From Kiritimatiellia bacterium (GTDB lineage: Bacteria; Verrucomicrobiota; Kiritimatiellia; JAAZAB01): 64,000 bases of DNA. A program made the position numbers and the translations under genes. The notes below the pieces were generated by a model. The model saw only the letters and a program-made list of their open reading frames with translations. It made no database searches and was not told where the DNA came from. The stretch lies in the NCBI GenBank assembly GCA_040767085.1, contig JAXGPF010000003.1, forward strand, positions 1-64,000, in the 5' to 3' direction. Shown here piece after piece: positions 24,245 through 34,967 of the stretch; the first letter of the stretch is position 1, and the number at the start of each line of letters is the position of its first letter.

Positions 24245-25138
24245 CTACCGGCGGACGAACCCGCCGGTCTGCCATGCGCCCTCCGGGATAGCGCGGATTT
24301 CACGGAATCCCTGCCGGCGATAGGCGCGGCGCACCGCGGCATATTGCGAACGCAGGATGCCGGCGACAATCAGATGCCGGCCCGCCAGGCGGGCGATCCT
24401 CGGGGCGGCTTCCACCAGCAAGCCCGCCAGCAGGTTGGCGGCCACCAGGTCGTAAGCCGGCAGCCCTTCCAGTTGCAGGACATCCGCCCGCCGGACTGCC
24501 ACGCGGCGATCCAACCCGTTGGCGCGGCGATTCTGCCGGGCCGCCCGGACGGCCTGGGGATCGTGATCCAGCGCCAGCACCGGCCGGCAGCCGAGCAGGG
24601 CGGCGGCAATCGCCAGGATGCCCGATCCGCAGCCAAGGTCCAGAAACGAACGGCCCGGCGCGGCGGCAAACTCGTCCAGCAGGCGCAGGCAGCCGCGCGT
24701 CGTCGGATGCAGGCCGGTGCCGAAACTTAACCCGGGATTCAACTCGATCGCGAATTCTCCCGGGCGCGGCGCATAAGCGCGCCAGGGAGGACGCACGACC
24801 AGCCGGGGCGACACCCGGCGCACCGGGAAAAAGCGCTTCCAGTTTTCCCGCCAATCGGCCGCCGGCAACCGGACACAGCACACCCGGCCGCCCTGTTCCG
24901 GAACGTTCCGCCGCCAGCTCCGCAGGCGTTCCGCCGCGCGGCGCGCTGACGCCGGGGAGGCGCAGAAAACCGCCAGACGCGCCCAGCGCGCGCCCGCCGC
25001 GGGCAGCCGTACGGCGGTGTTTTCATCCGGCAGCAGAGCCTGGCAGAGCAGCGCCGTCTCCGGCGCGGCATAGAGATACGCCGCATGGCATGGAGCCGGC
25101 CGGCGGAGCCGGCCGATGGTTTTGTTTTGCCTTTGCAT
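24245..25138 (-). CDS. prmA: ribosomal protein L11 methyltransferase
   Basis: W..NWKRFF, NPGLSFGTGLHPTT, LDLGCGSGILAIAA, VAANL. TATAAT lies just upstream of ATG 25138. Confidence 0.85.
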   Translation of the reverse strand: MQRQNKTIGRLRRPAPCHAAYLYAAPETALLCQALLPDENTAVRLPAAGARWARLAVFCASPASARRAAERLRSWRRNVPEQGGRVCCVRLPAADWRENWKRFFPVRRVSPRLVVRPPWRAYAPRPGEFAIELNPGLSFGTGLHPTTRGCLRLLDEFAAAPGRSFLDLGCGSGILAIAAALLGCRPVLALDHDPQAVRAARQNRRANGLDRRVAVRRADVLQLEGLPAYDLVAANLLAGLLVEAAPRIARLAGRHLIVAGILRSQYAAVRRAYRRQGFREIRAIPEGAWQTGGFVRR

Positions 25139-25189
25139 GCGGCACATTATAAACTATCGCCGGGATTTAAAAACATAAAAGTTAAAAAT

Positions 25190-25687
25190 ATGACGATCAT
25201 GACGATTGTTGTTGCCGGTCAACAGGCCGCGCCGCTGGAGGAACAAGTCCGCCGGACCGCCGCAGACATGCGGCGCAGCCGCCGTCAGCCGCAAATCGTT
25301 TCCCCGGAAATCGGCGCGTCGGCCCTGGCCGGCGCGGATTCCGACGCCGGCCACCACGCGAATTTTCTGCGGCTGCTGCGCTACCGGGACGCGGTGGACA
25401 CTTTGGATTTCGACATTCCTCGCCGGCCGGGCCCGGTCGGCGGGTGCTGGCAGCGCGCCAAGCGCCTGCTCTGGAAGCTGCTGCGCTACCAGCACGACCG
25501 CATCGCGTTCCGGCAGAACCTGATCAACGGCCTGTTTACGCAGGCGCTGGAAAACGAATGGCGGCTGCGTTGCCGGGAGACCGCCGCATTACGGGCGCGC
25601 GTGGAGGCGTTGGAGAACCGGGAACGGGCAGGCGCGCCGGCAGCGCAACACAGTGGCGCCACGACAGGAGACGGACATGCGCTTTGA
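25190..25687 (+). CDS. hypothetical protein with a short coiled coil, glycosylation-locus associated
   Basis: KRLLWKLLRY..QN.IN..LRARVEALE pattern; first gene of the glycosyltransferase cluster. Confidence 0.55.
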   Translation: MTIMTIVVAGQQAAPLEEQVRRTAADMRRSRRQPQIVSPEIGASALAGADSDAGHHANFLRLLRYRDAVDTLDFDIPRRPGPVGGCWQRAKRLLWKLLRYQHDRIAFRQNLINGLFTQALENEWRLRCRETAALRARVEALENRERAGAPAAQHSGATTGDGHAL

Positions 25688-25763
25688 CCTGTATGATGTA
25701 TTGATTTAAAAAGTCCCGGCGCCGCGACAGAGCGTGGCCTTCCAGTAAAACACTTGGGATTTC

Positions 25764-26840
25764 ATGCAAAATAAACGCATTGACCAACTGCTGGCCGGCT
25801 ATGCCGACGGCGACGCCATCTCAAGCATGGCCGCCAGCCTGCGGAATCTTTTCCGCGCCTGGGGACACCCCTCGGATATTTACGCCGACCCGCGTTCGGT
25901 CTCGCCCACCCTGCGCTCGGACAGCCGGCCGCTGGCGGAATACCGCAGCGCGCCGGCGGACATCTGCCTGCATCACTACGGCATCGCCTCCGCCGCGGCC
26001 GAAGTTTTCCGCGCGGCGCCCGCCGTCCGCGTCCTGGTTTACCACAACATCACGCCGGCGGATTATTTCCAGGGCTACGACGACGCCATCCAGGCGCAGC
26101 TGGCGGCGGCGCGCGCGCAACTGCCGGCGCTGGCGCAATGCGCGGCGGCGGTCTGGACCGTGTCGCGGTTCAATGCCGCCGAACTGGCGGCGGCGGGCAT
26201 CGGCCAGGCGCGGGTTCTGCCGCTGCTGTTCGACCCGGCGCCGCTGGAGATCGCCCCGGAACCGCTGATCATGCAGAAATTTACCGGCAAGCGCAACCTC
26301 CTGAAAAACATCCTGTTCGTGGGCCGGATCGCCCCCAATAAGCGCGTCGAGGATTTGATCATGGCCTTTGCCTGGTATCATAAGGTCTTGAATCCGTTCA
26401 GCCGCCTGCTGCTGGTCGGCTCCAACCGCAGCGCGCCCCGCTATTACACCATGCTGCGTATGCTGGCGGGCGACCTGGACCTGCCGAACGTGTGTTTCGA
26501 GGGCTTCGCCGCCGCCGCCGGCCTGGCGGCTTATTACCGGGCAGCCGACCTGTACGTCTGCCCCAGCGCGCACGAAGGCTACTGCCTGCCCCTGCTGGAA
26601 GCCATGCACCGCGATGTGCCGGTGCTGGCGCGGCGGGCCGGCGGCATGCCGGAAGCCCTGGACGGCGCCGGCGTCTTGTATGAAAATTTGCCGGCGCCGG
26701 AATTGGCGGCCCTGATGCATCGCATCCTGGCGGACGAGCCGTTGCGCCAAACCATCCTAAATTCGCAGCGCGCCCGCATGCGGCGGGAGGCCGCCCGCGA
26801 CGTCGCCGCGGAAGTGCGCCAGTTGCTGGAAGCCTTGTAA
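25764..26840 (+). CDS. GT4 glycosyltransferase
   Basis: YHNITP, LFVGRIAPNK, SAHEGYCLPLLEAM. Confidence 0.92.
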   Translation: MQNKRIDQLLAGYADGDAISSMAASLRNLFRAWGHPSDIYADPRSVSPTLRSDSRPLAEYRSAPADICLHHYGIASAAAEVFRAAPAVRVLVYHNITPADYFQGYDDAIQAQLAAARAQLPALAQCAAAVWTVSRFNAAELAAAGIGQARVLPLLFDPAPLEIAPEPLIMQKFTGKRNLLKNILFVGRIAPNKRVEDLIMAFAWYHKVLNPFSRLLLVGSNRSAPRYYTMLRMLAGDLDLPNVCFEGFAAAAGLAAYYRAADLYVCPSAHEGYCLPLLEAMHRDVPVLARRAGGMPEALDGAGVLYENLPAPELAALMHRILADEPLRQTILNSQRARMRREAARDVAAEVRQLLEAL

Positions 26841-26845
26841 CACCC

Positions 26846-28639
26846 ATGCACCGCCCGGATTCCCAACCGTTCCGGATTGACGCCGACATTGAAACCGCCT
26901 CGGACGGCTACGCCGCGCGGTTCGCCGGGCCCGTCGGCGCCTGGATGCTCCAGGTCCAGGAACGCCAGGTCTTAAGCAGCCTGGCCGGCATCCCGCGCGG
27001 CAGCGCCATCCTGGAAGTCGGCGGCGGCCATGGCCAGCTGGCCCGGGCGCTGGCAAGCGCGGGGTACCGGGTGACCGTCACCGGCAGCGACCAATCCTGC
27101 CGGCGCCGGATTGACGATCTCGTGCGCGCCGGCCAATGCGAATTCCTGCAGGCCGACCCCCTGGCGCTGCCTTTCGCCGACCGCGAATTCGCGGCCGTGG
27201 TTTGCGTGCGGCTGCTGATGCATTGCGGCGAACGCTGGCCGGCGCTCGTCAGGGAGTTCTGCCGGGTGGCGCGCCAGGCGGTCGTGGTGGATTATCCCAC
27301 CAGCCAGAGCCTCAATTGCCTGGCCGCCTGGCTTTTCCCCGCCAAGCTCAAGCTGGAAGGCAATACCCGGACTTTCCGCCTGTTCCGCCATCGCGAAATC
27401 GCCGGCGCGTTCCACGCCTGCGGTTTCCGGCGCCGGCGCCGCGCGGGCCAGTTTTTCTGGCCGATGGTCCTGCACCGCGCCCTGCGCCGGCCGGCCTGCT
27501 CCCGCGCGCTGGAATGGCTGCCGGGCATTATCGGCTTGACTCGCCTGTGGGGATCGCCGATTATTTTACGCATGCAACGCGATGAAAATCAGACCGCCGC
27601 GCCCCTGTTCGCCAAGGCGGCGCCGCCCTGCGCCATCCCGGCCGGCACCCCGGTGCTGGTCACGGGCGCCACGGGCTTTACCGGCGCGGTGCTGACCCGC
27701 AAACTGGCCGGCGCCGGACTGCAAGTGCGGGCCATCGCCCGCCCTTCGTCCAACCTGGAACAATTGCGGGATGTGCCCGTCCAGTGGTTCCGCGGCGATG
27801 TTTTCGATCCGGCGGTGGTGGACGCCGCCGCGCGCGGCGTCGCGTATATTTTCCATGTCGCGGCCGCTTTCCGCGAGGCGCGCCACGCGGACGAGATGTA
27901 CGCCAGGGTGCATGTCGCCAGCACGCAACTGCTGGCGCAGGCGGCCTTGAAAAATCCCGGCTTCCAGCGTTTTATCCACGTCTCCACCGTGGGGGTGCTC
28001 GGCCATATCGCGCATCCGCCGGCGGACGAAACCACGCCCATGAATCCCGGCGACATTTACCAGCGCACCAAGGCGGAAGCGGAAACCTGGCTGACCGGTT
28101 TCGCCCGCGCCCGGGGGCTGCCTTTCACCGTCATCCGGCCCGCGGCGATCTACGGCCCGGGCGACACCCGCCTGCTGAAATTTTTCCGGATGGCGGCCCG
28201 GCCCTGGATGATCATGCTCGGCCGCAGCCGCGGACTGTACCATTTGATTCACGTGGACGACCTGACCAATGTCATCATCCTGGCCGCCACTCACCCGGCG
28301 GCCCTGGGCGAGGTTTTCATCTGCGGCAATCCCGAATCCATCACGCTGGAAAACATGGCCCGGATCGTGGCGCGTACGCTGGGACGCCGCCTGCGGGTGA
28401 TCCGCCTGCCGGCATGGCCGTTTTTCCTGGCCGCGGATGTCTGCGAAGCGGTGTGCCGGCGGCTGGGGATCGAGCCGCCCATCCACCGGCGGCGGCTGGC
28501 GTTTTTCACCAAGGACCGCTCCTTTAATACCGTTAAGTTGCGCGAACGCCTGGGGTACCGTCCGCTGCATCCGGATGCCGACGGCCTGGCAGAAACCGCG
28601 CGCTGGTATTGCAGGCAGGGGTGGCTGAAAAAAGCTTGA
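26846..28639 (+). CDS. fusion of class I SAM methyltransferase and NAD-dependent epimerase/dehydratase
   Basis: LEVGGGHG..LPFAD, then VTGATGFTG, HVSTVGV, YQRTK and RPAAIYGPGD, all in one frame. Confidence 0.85.
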   Translation: MHRPDSQPFRIDADIETASDGYAARFAGPVGAWMLQVQERQVLSSLAGIPRGSAILEVGGGHGQLARALASAGYRVTVTGSDQSCRRRIDDLVRAGQCEFLQADPLALPFADREFAAVVCVRLLMHCGERWPALVREFCRVARQAVVVDYPTSQSLNCLAAWLFPAKLKLEGNTRTFRLFRHREIAGAFHACGFRRRRRAGQFFWPMVLHRALRRPACSRALEWLPGIIGLTRLWGSPIILRMQRDENQTAAPLFAKAAPPCAIPAGTPVLVTGATGFTGAVLTRKLAGAGLQVRAIARPSSNLEQLRDVPVQWFRGDVFDPAVVDAAARGVAYIFHVAAAFREARHADEMYARVHVASTQLLAQAALKNPGFQRFIHVSTVGVLGHIAHPPADETTPMNPGDIYQRTKAEAETWLTGFARARGLPFTVIRPAAIYGPGDTRLLKFFRMAARPWMIMLGRSRGLYHLIHVDDLTNVIILAATHPAALGEVFICGNPESITLENMARIVARTLGRRLRVIRLPAWPFFLAADVCEAVCRRLGIEPPIHRRRLAFFTKDRSFNTVKLRERLGYRPLHPDADGLAETARWYCRQGWLKKA

Positions 28640-30588
28640 ATACGGCCGCCGCCCGCGCCGGGAGAACGCGCCGGGCGCCAGCGGCAAAGGACGGTCCGGC
28701 ATTGAACGAGCGGCTGAAAAACATCATCTGGCAACTGGCGCCGGCCCTGCTGGCGGTAGTCATCGCGCATGGCATGGCCAGCCGGGTCTTCCGGCACACC
28801 CCCCTGACCACGGACGAGCAGAGTTATATTTTCCAGGCCAACACGTTCCGCGACGGCCGCTTAACCCGGGACTACCCGCCCTTCCCCCATCTGCTGGGGG
28901 ATCAAATGATCATCATGGAGGAGGAAGCCGGGTGGGTTTCCAGGTATCCGCCCGGCCATGCTTTATTCCTGCTGCCCGGCGCCTGGCTGGGCGACCACTA
29001 CCTCAGCGCCGCGCTGGGCGCCGGGCTGGCCCTCTGGTTGGCCGCCATGGCCGCCGCGCAAGCGGCCAGGCTGGGCGCGGCGGCGGCGCAAACCGCCGGA
29101 CGGATTGCCGCCTGCATGCTGCTGGCCAGTCCCTGGTTTCTTTTCACTTTTGGCACGCTGCTCAGTCATACCAGCGGGTTTCTGGCCGTCTCCGCCATGC
29201 TGGCCGCTTACCTCTGGTGGCGGCAATCCGAGCGGCCAGCCGCCGCCTTCCTGGCCGGGCTGGCATGGGGATTTCTCTGTCTCAACCGCACCTACAGCGC
29301 GTTGTTAATCGCCCTGCCATTCGGCCTGGATGCCCTGTGGACCCTGGCGCGGCGCCCCAACCGGCGCGTGCTGGCGGGCGCGCTGCTTTTCGCCGGCAGT
29401 GCCGCGGCGGGCATTGCCGCCTTGTTGCTTTACAACGAATTGATCCTGGGCCATCCGTTGAAAATGACCTACCTGTATTACGAACCGCTGGAGGCGCTGG
29501 GCTTCGGCAAACGCCATTACGGCATGCATACTTTCGCCAAGGGGCTGAAGATATTGAAAAACAACTTGCTGCTGGCGGACGCCTGGCTCTGGGGGTTCCC
29601 GGGCGGATTACTGGTGTGGGCCGGATTGCTGCTGATGGGCCGGCCGCGCCGGCAATGGCTGGCGCTGGCCGGACCGGTCATCGCCGTGCCGGCCGGTTAT
29701 GTCTTCTTCTTCCACCGCGGCCCGCATGAAACCGGACCGGGCTACTATTTCGAAATGCTGCCGTTCCTGATCGCCGGCGCCGCGCCGGGCGCCGCGCGCC
29801 TCTGGCGCCTGGCGGCCGCCTGGACGCCTGCCCGCCGGCGCTGGGCGGCGCTGGTCCTGGCGCTGGCCCTGCTGGCCGGACCGCTGCGTTTCAGCATGCA
29901 AGCCGCCCGCGGCTTGCATGACCTGCTCGCGCCGCGCCGGGAAATCCTGCAGGCCATTGCCGCCGCGCCGCCCGATGCGCTGGTGTTTGTGGAAGACCGC
30001 GGCTGGCACGGCGACCACCCGATGGATTTCGCCATCGTCAATCCGCGCGGACTGCAAAGCGCACCGCTGGTCATGGCGGCGGCGGACGGCACGGAAATCG
30101 CGGCAGCCCGCTTTTTCTCCGGCCGGCGGCCCTTTCGCCTGGCGGGCGGTTCGCCCCCCGGGTTGACCCCGCTGAACTCCTCCGCGCCCTACGCGGTTGC
30201 CATCAATCCGGCGCGCGCGCATCGGCGCACCGGCAGTAATTTTCAGGCGGAGGCCGGCGCCCCGGTCGAGCGCCTGGCCCGCGCCGGGCGCGACGCGGCC
30301 GGCATGCTGCTTTTCGGCAATTATCGTTACATTTGTCCCGGGCGGTTTCAGGCGCTCTTTGAGATGGAAACCGCCGGTGACGCCGGCGCCGAGGCGGCCG
30401 TGCTCGATATCTGCGCCGATGGCGGACGGCGGACGCTGGCGGAATGTTCTGTGCCGGCGGGATTCCAGGGCACGCAAGCCGTGGCGTTCGCCGCCGACGG
30501 ATATTTCATGATTGAGCCGCGCGCCTATTACACCGGCCGGGGCGAAGTGCGCATCAAATCCATCCGGCTGGTGGAACAGACGCCGTAA
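28636..30588 (+). CDS. polytopic GT-C-like (ArnT/PMT-type) membrane glycosyltransferase
   Basis: TTDEQSY acidic motif after TM1, SRYPPG, many TM segments, C-terminal soluble domain. TTG overlaps the previous TGA. Confidence 0.65.
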   Translation: MNTAAARAGRTRRAPAAKDGPALNERLKNIIWQLAPALLAVVIAHGMASRVFRHTPLTTDEQSYIFQANTFRDGRLTRDYPPFPHLLGDQMIIMEEEAGWVSRYPPGHALFLLPGAWLGDHYLSAALGAGLALWLAAMAAAQAARLGAAAAQTAGRIAACMLLASPWFLFTFGTLLSHTSGFLAVSAMLAAYLWWRQSERPAAAFLAGLAWGFLCLNRTYSALLIALPFGLDALWTLARRPNRRVLAGALLFAGSAAAGIAALLLYNELILGHPLKMTYLYYEPLEALGFGKRHYGMHTFAKGLKILKNNLLLADAWLWGFPGGLLVWAGLLLMGRPRRQWLALAGPVIAVPAGYVFFFHRGPHETGPGYYFEMLPFLIAGAAPGAARLWRLAAAWTPARRRWAALVLALALLAGPLRFSMQAARGLHDLLAPRREILQAIAAAPPDALVFVEDRGWHGDHPMDFAIVNPRGLQSAPLVMAAADGTEIAAARFFSGRRPFRLAGGSPPGLTPLNSSAPYAVAINPARAHRRTGSNFQAEAGAPVERLARAGRDAAGMLLFGNYRYICPGRFQALFEMETAGDAGAEAAVLDICADGGRRTLAECSVPAGFQGTQAVAFAADGYFMIEPRAYYTGRGEVRIKSIRLVEQTP

Positions 30589-30695
30589 ACCGCTTGCCGC
30601 TGATGGAAAAAAATCATTGTATCCCGACGGCCAACTGATACAATATACCCATGGCTGGGATCGGGCTTGCGCATCGGGACGGAGGAATGCAAATC

Positions 30696-31574
30696 ATGCA
30701 AAATTTTCTGAAAATCGTATTAATATTATTGCTTTTGGCCAGCGCCGCGGCTTTGTGGTTCGGCATCCGGCTGTTCCCCCAGCGCGAGGAACTGAAGGGC
30801 CGCGCGCAAAAACTGGAAACCGCCATCCGCCAGATTGCCGCCACCGTCGAGCAAAGCGATGACAACCCGGCCTTTGTCGCCATTGCCGAAGACCAGCTGA
30901 AAACCTTCAAGGACCCCGCCGGCGGCGCTTCGCCTATGGACGCAGCCCTCGGTCAGCTGACCGTCGCCGCCCAGAACCAGTTGGCGCGCCTGAACGATAC
31001 CCGCCGCAACCTGGCGCAAACGAAGGATACCCTGGCGCAAACCTCCGAAGAACTGCGCTCCACCAAGAGCGACCTGGCCACGGCGCGCGCCACCATCCAG
31101 GAACGCGACGAAAGCATCACCGGACTGCAGGCTTCCGTGGCGGAACGCGACAACACCATTCGGAGCATGGAACGCGCCGAAAAAGAACTGCAATCGCGCA
31201 TGGAAACGCTGAAAGTGGCGATTGACGACCTGGAAATTCAGAAGCGCAACCTCCAGGATCAAATCGCCGGGCTGCAGGCCAAAGTAACCGACCTGGAAGC
31301 GCGCATCAACCCGGAGGCCGGCAAAGCCCAATTTACGCAGGGCCAGATGGGCGTAGTCCTTTTTGCCAATCCCGACTGGAATTTCGTCGTGCTCGGATTT
31401 GACAAGGAAAACGCGACGCCCATCGCCCCCAAGCTTGAATTTCTGGTGCACCGGTCCGACCAGCTGGTGGGCAAGGTGCGCGTGGAAACCGTGGTGGACA
31501 ACATGGCGATCGCTGAAATCCTCTCCGACTGGCAGAAACTGCCGCCGCGCGAGGGCGACCAGATCATGCTCTAA
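30696..31574 (+). CDS. membrane-anchored coiled-coil protein
   Basis: N-terminal TM, long heptad region, C-terminal beta domain (NPDWNFVVL). GGAGGA RBS. Confidence 0.75.
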   Translation: MQNFLKIVLILLLLASAAALWFGIRLFPQREELKGRAQKLETAIRQIAATVEQSDDNPAFVAIAEDQLKTFKDPAGGASPMDAALGQLTVAAQNQLARLNDTRRNLAQTKDTLAQTSEELRSTKSDLATARATIQERDESITGLQASVAERDNTIRSMERAEKELQSRMETLKVAIDDLEIQKRNLQDQIAGLQAKVTDLEARINPEAGKAQFTQGQMGVVLFANPDWNFVVLGFDKENATPIAPKLEFLVHRSDQLVGKVRVETVVDNMAIAEILSDWQKLPPREGDQIML

Positions 31575-31751
31575 GCATCAGCATGCAAACTTTGCGCCAT
31601 AATTTCCGGCTGGCATGCGCGGCGCTGCTGCTGGCGGCAGGCTTGGCGGGCGGATGCGCCGCTACCGGCCCGGCGGAAAACTCCATGCCGTGGAATACTC
31701 CGCAAAACTGGGAAGGATCCCCGGCGCTGCCCATTTTCACCGAGTAGCCGG

Positions 31752-32759
31752 TCAGGCTTCGATCAACTTTTCGGCGATTTGCACGGCATTGGTGGCCGCG
31801 CCCTTGCGGATATTGTCCCCGGACACGAAAAGCGCCAGGCCGTTTTTCACGCTGTCGTCGCGCCGGATGCGGCCGACCAGAACTTCATCCCGCCCCGTCG
31901 CCCGCAGCGGCATGGGGTAGTCGTCATGCTCCACGTCGTCCGCCACAATGACTCCCGGCGCCCGGGACAGGATTTCCCGGGCTTCTTCCGGCTCCATCGG
32001 GCGGTCGAATTCCAGGTTGATCGCCTCGCAATGGGCGTTCAGCACCGGAACCCGCACGCAGGTTGCGCTGACGCGCAGTTTTTTATCGCCCAGAATCTTG
32101 CGGCTTTCATTCAACATTTTGATTTCCTCGCTGGTTTGCCCGGCATTGCCCGGCTTCACCCCGCCGATTTTGGGAATCAGGTTGAACGCTATCTGGTGCG
32201 GATAAACCTCGCGCTGCAAGGGTTTGCCGGCGGCGAAATCGCGGACTTGCTGCTCCAACTCCAGCAGCGCCTGCCGGCCGGTGCCGGAGACCGCCTGGTA
32301 AGTGCTGGCGATAAACCGGCGGACACGGGCGGCGCGGTACAGCGGCGCCACCGCCATCAACGCGATGATCGTGCTGCAGTTCGGATTGGCAATCAACCCC
32401 TGGTGTTGCGCCAGGGCGTCCGGATTGACTTCCGGGATCACCAGCGGCACGCGGGAATCCATGCGGTAATCATCGCCATTGTCAATCACCACGGCGCCTT
32501 TTTCCACCGCCGCCCAGCCATATTGCTGCGAAGCGCCTTTGGCGCCTTCCGTGCCGGCAAAAAACGCGAAATCCAGCCCGTCAAACGCTTCCGGCGCGGC
32601 GGCCGCCACGGGGTAGCTTTCGCCGTCAATCTCTTCCATGCGCGCCGAGCGCGCGATGATCCGGATTTCCGCGGCCGGAAACTTGCGCTGCCGCAGCACG
32701 CGCACCATCTCCGCGCCCACCGCGCCGATGCCTACCACGCCTACACGATATTGCTTCAT
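31752..32759 (-). CDS. asd: aspartate-semialdehyde dehydrogenase
   Basis: VPLVIPEVN, ANPNCSTI, TYQAVSGTG, ATCVRVPV, DNIRKGAATNAVQIAE. Confidence 0.97.
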   Translation of the reverse strand: MKQYRVGVVGIGAVGAEMVRVLRQRKFPAAEIRIIARSARMEEIDGESYPVAAAAPEAFDGLDFAFFAGTEGAKGASQQYGWAAVEKGAVVIDNGDDYRMDSRVPLVIPEVNPDALAQHQGLIANPNCSTIIALMAVAPLYRAARVRRFIASTYQAVSGTGRQALLELEQQVRDFAAGKPLQREVYPHQIAFNLIPKIGGVKPGNAGQTSEEIKMLNESRKILGDKKLRVSATCVRVPVLNAHCEAINLEFDRPMEPEEAREILSRAPGVIVADDVEHDDYPMPLRATGRDEVLVGRIRRDDSVKNGLALFVSGDNIRKGAATNAVQIAEKLIEA

Positions 32760-32772
32760 CTCACACCCCGCC

Positions 32773-33840
32773 TTATCCGGCGACGCCCTGCGCCACCATG
32801 TCGCCCACTTGGCTGGTGGAATACCCCATTTTGCCGGCGCCCAGATTCTTGATTTTATGCGCGGTCACATGCATCACGGCCTGTTCCACCGCCTGGGCGG
32901 CTTCCAGTTCGCCCAACTCGCCCAGCATCATGGCGCCCGCACAGATCGCCGCCAGCGGGTTGATGACATTCTGGCCGGTGTACTTGGGCGCGGACCCGCC
33001 GATGGGCTCGAACATGCTCACGCCCTCGGGATTGATATTGCCGCCGGCGGCAATCCCCATGCCGCCCTGGGTCATGGCGCCCAGGTCGGTGATGATGTCG
33101 CCGAACATGTTTTCCGTGACGATGACATCGAACCACTCGGGGTTCTTCACCATCCACATGCAGGTAGCATCCACATGATAATACTCGCGCTTGACATCGC
33201 TGAAATCGCGCTGGCCCATCTCATGGAAGGCCCGTTCCCAGAGGTCGAACACGTACGTCAGAACATTGGTCTTGCCGCAGAGCGCCAGCGTCTTGCGCTT
33301 GTTGCGCCGCCGGGCGTACTCAAAGGCATAACGCAGGCAGCGGTCCACCTGGTGCCGGGAATAGACCATGTTCTGCACGGCGACTTCGTGGGGCGTGCCT
33401 TTCATGGAAATGCCGCCCACGCCGGTGTACAATCCGCCGGAGTTCTCGCGCACCACCACGTAATCAATTTCCGCCGGCCCCTTGTTTTTCAGGGGGGTAT
33501 CCACGCCGGGATATAATTTCACCGGGCGCAGATTAATGTATTGATCCAGTTCAAACCGCAGGCGCAGCAGGATGCCCTTCTCCAGAATGCCGGGCTTGAC
33601 ATCCGGATGTCCGATCGCGCCCAGGTAAATCGCGCGGTACTGGCGCAATTCGTCAAGCACGGAGTCCGGCAGGACTTCGCCGGTAGCCAGGTAGCGCGCG
33701 CCGCCCAGGTCGTAGTGCTGCAAATCCAGCTTGAAATCGAATCGGGCAGCGGCGGCTTGCAGAACCTTGACGCCTTCGTTGATCACTTCCGTGCCGGTAC
33801 CGTCGCCGGGCAACACCGCAATTTTGTAGCTCTTTTTCAT
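32773..33840 (-). CDS. leuB: 3-isopropylmalate dehydrogenase
   Basis: LPGDGTGTEV, LRLRFELDQYINLRP, ENMFGDIITD, FEPIGGSAP. GGAGG RBS before ATG 33840. Confidence 0.92.
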   Translation of the reverse strand: MKKSYKIAVLPGDGTGTEVINEGVKVLQAAAARFDFKLDLQHYDLGGARYLATGEVLPDSVLDELRQYRAIYLGAIGHPDVKPGILEKGILLRLRFELDQYINLRPVKLYPGVDTPLKNKGPAEIDYVVVRENSGGLYTGVGGISMKGTPHEVAVQNMVYSRHQVDRCLRYAFEYARRRNKRKTLALCGKTNVLTYVFDLWERAFHEMGQRDFSDVKREYYHVDATCMWMVKNPEWFDVIVTENMFGDIITDLGAMTQGGMGIAAGGNINPEGVSMFEPIGGSAPKYTGQNVINPLAAICAGAMMLGELGELEAAQAVEQAVMHVTAHKIKNLGAGKMGYSTSQVGDMVAQGVAG

Positions 33841-34007
33841 TTCGCCTCCCACGGTTTTCTTTGAAAATGAAGGCGCATGGTAGCATATAACCGCCAGGCA
33901 ATGCAAATCAATTCCGCGGCTAAAAATAGACTGTTGCGGGATTTACGAGCTTGATATATATTGAATACATTGCCGGATTTCCAAGTGTTTGAACATGATT
34001 GCCGCCA

Positions 34008-34967
34008 ATGGCCTCCATGACCGCACCCAACCCATCCCCCGCCCAACCCGCCGCCCGCGGCGCCAGCGTGGTCATCCCAATCATCAACGCCGCGGAGCTG
34101 CTGCCCGCCCTGCTCGACCGGCTGGCGGCACAGGAGCCCGCGCCGCCGGCGGAAGTCATCCTGGTTGATTCCGGGTCCGCGGACAATCCGCGGGCAATTG
34201 CCAGTCAACGCGCGCATGTGCGCGTCATCCCAATCGATAAATTTTCCCATGGCCGGTCCCGCAACCTGGGCGTGCAGGCCGCGGCCGGCGAATTTGTCGT
34301 GCTGATGACCCAGGATGCCCTGCCGCGCGACAACCAATGGCTGGCGGCGCTGCTGGCGCCGTTGGCCGACCCGGCGGTGGCGGCGGTGTTTTCCCGGCAG
34401 GTCCCGCGCGCCGATGCCCCGCCCACGGAGCAATTCTTTCTGAATTACCATTTCCCGCCCGGCGCGCCCCGGCGGTGGCAGGCGGATGCCCGCGCCGCGC
34501 CGGCCTTCGGCCGGACGGTCTTCTTTTCCAACGTCAGCGCCGCCATCCGGCGCGACTGCCTGCTGCAGCATCCCTTCGACGAAGCGCTGATCATGAGCGA
34601 AGACCAGCAACTGGCGCGCGACTTGCTGGCGGCCGGACACGCCATAGTTTACCAGCCCGCCTCCGCGGTGATTCATTCCCACCGCTACTCGCTGGGCATG
34701 GCTTTCCGCCGGTACTTTGACAGCGTCTATTCGCTGACGGCGATTTTCCCGGAACACGACATGCGCGCCAGCGCGTCGCTCGGCCTGTCTTACCTGCGCC
34801 AGGAGGCGGGCTTCATCCTCCGCCGCCATCCCTGGTATCTGCCCTATTACCTCCTGTATACGGCCGCCAAGACCGCCGGCACGATTGCCGGGCATTACGC
34901 CGACCGCCTGCCGCGCCGGCTGACGCGCCTGTGCAGCCTGCACCGTTACCACTGGGATGTTTCATGA
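34008..34967 (+). CDS. GT2 glycosyltransferase (rhamnosyltransferase-like)
   Basis: VDSGS.D, FSHGRSRNLG, MTQDA, FFSN, SEDQ, HSH. Confidence 0.88.
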   Translation: MASMTAPNPSPAQPAARGASVVIPIINAAELLPALLDRLAAQEPAPPAEVILVDSGSADNPRAIASQRAHVRVIPIDKFSHGRSRNLGVQAAAGEFVVLMTQDALPRDNQWLAALLAPLADPAVAAVFSRQVPRADAPPTEQFFLNYHFPPGAPRRWQADARAAPAFGRTVFFSNVSAAIRRDCLLQHPFDEALIMSEDQQLARDLLAAGHAIVYQPASAVIHSHRYSLGMAFRRYFDSVYSLTAIFPEHDMRASASLGLSYLRQEAGFILRRHPWYLPYYLLYTAAKTAGTIAGHYADRLPRRLTRLCSLHRYHWDVS

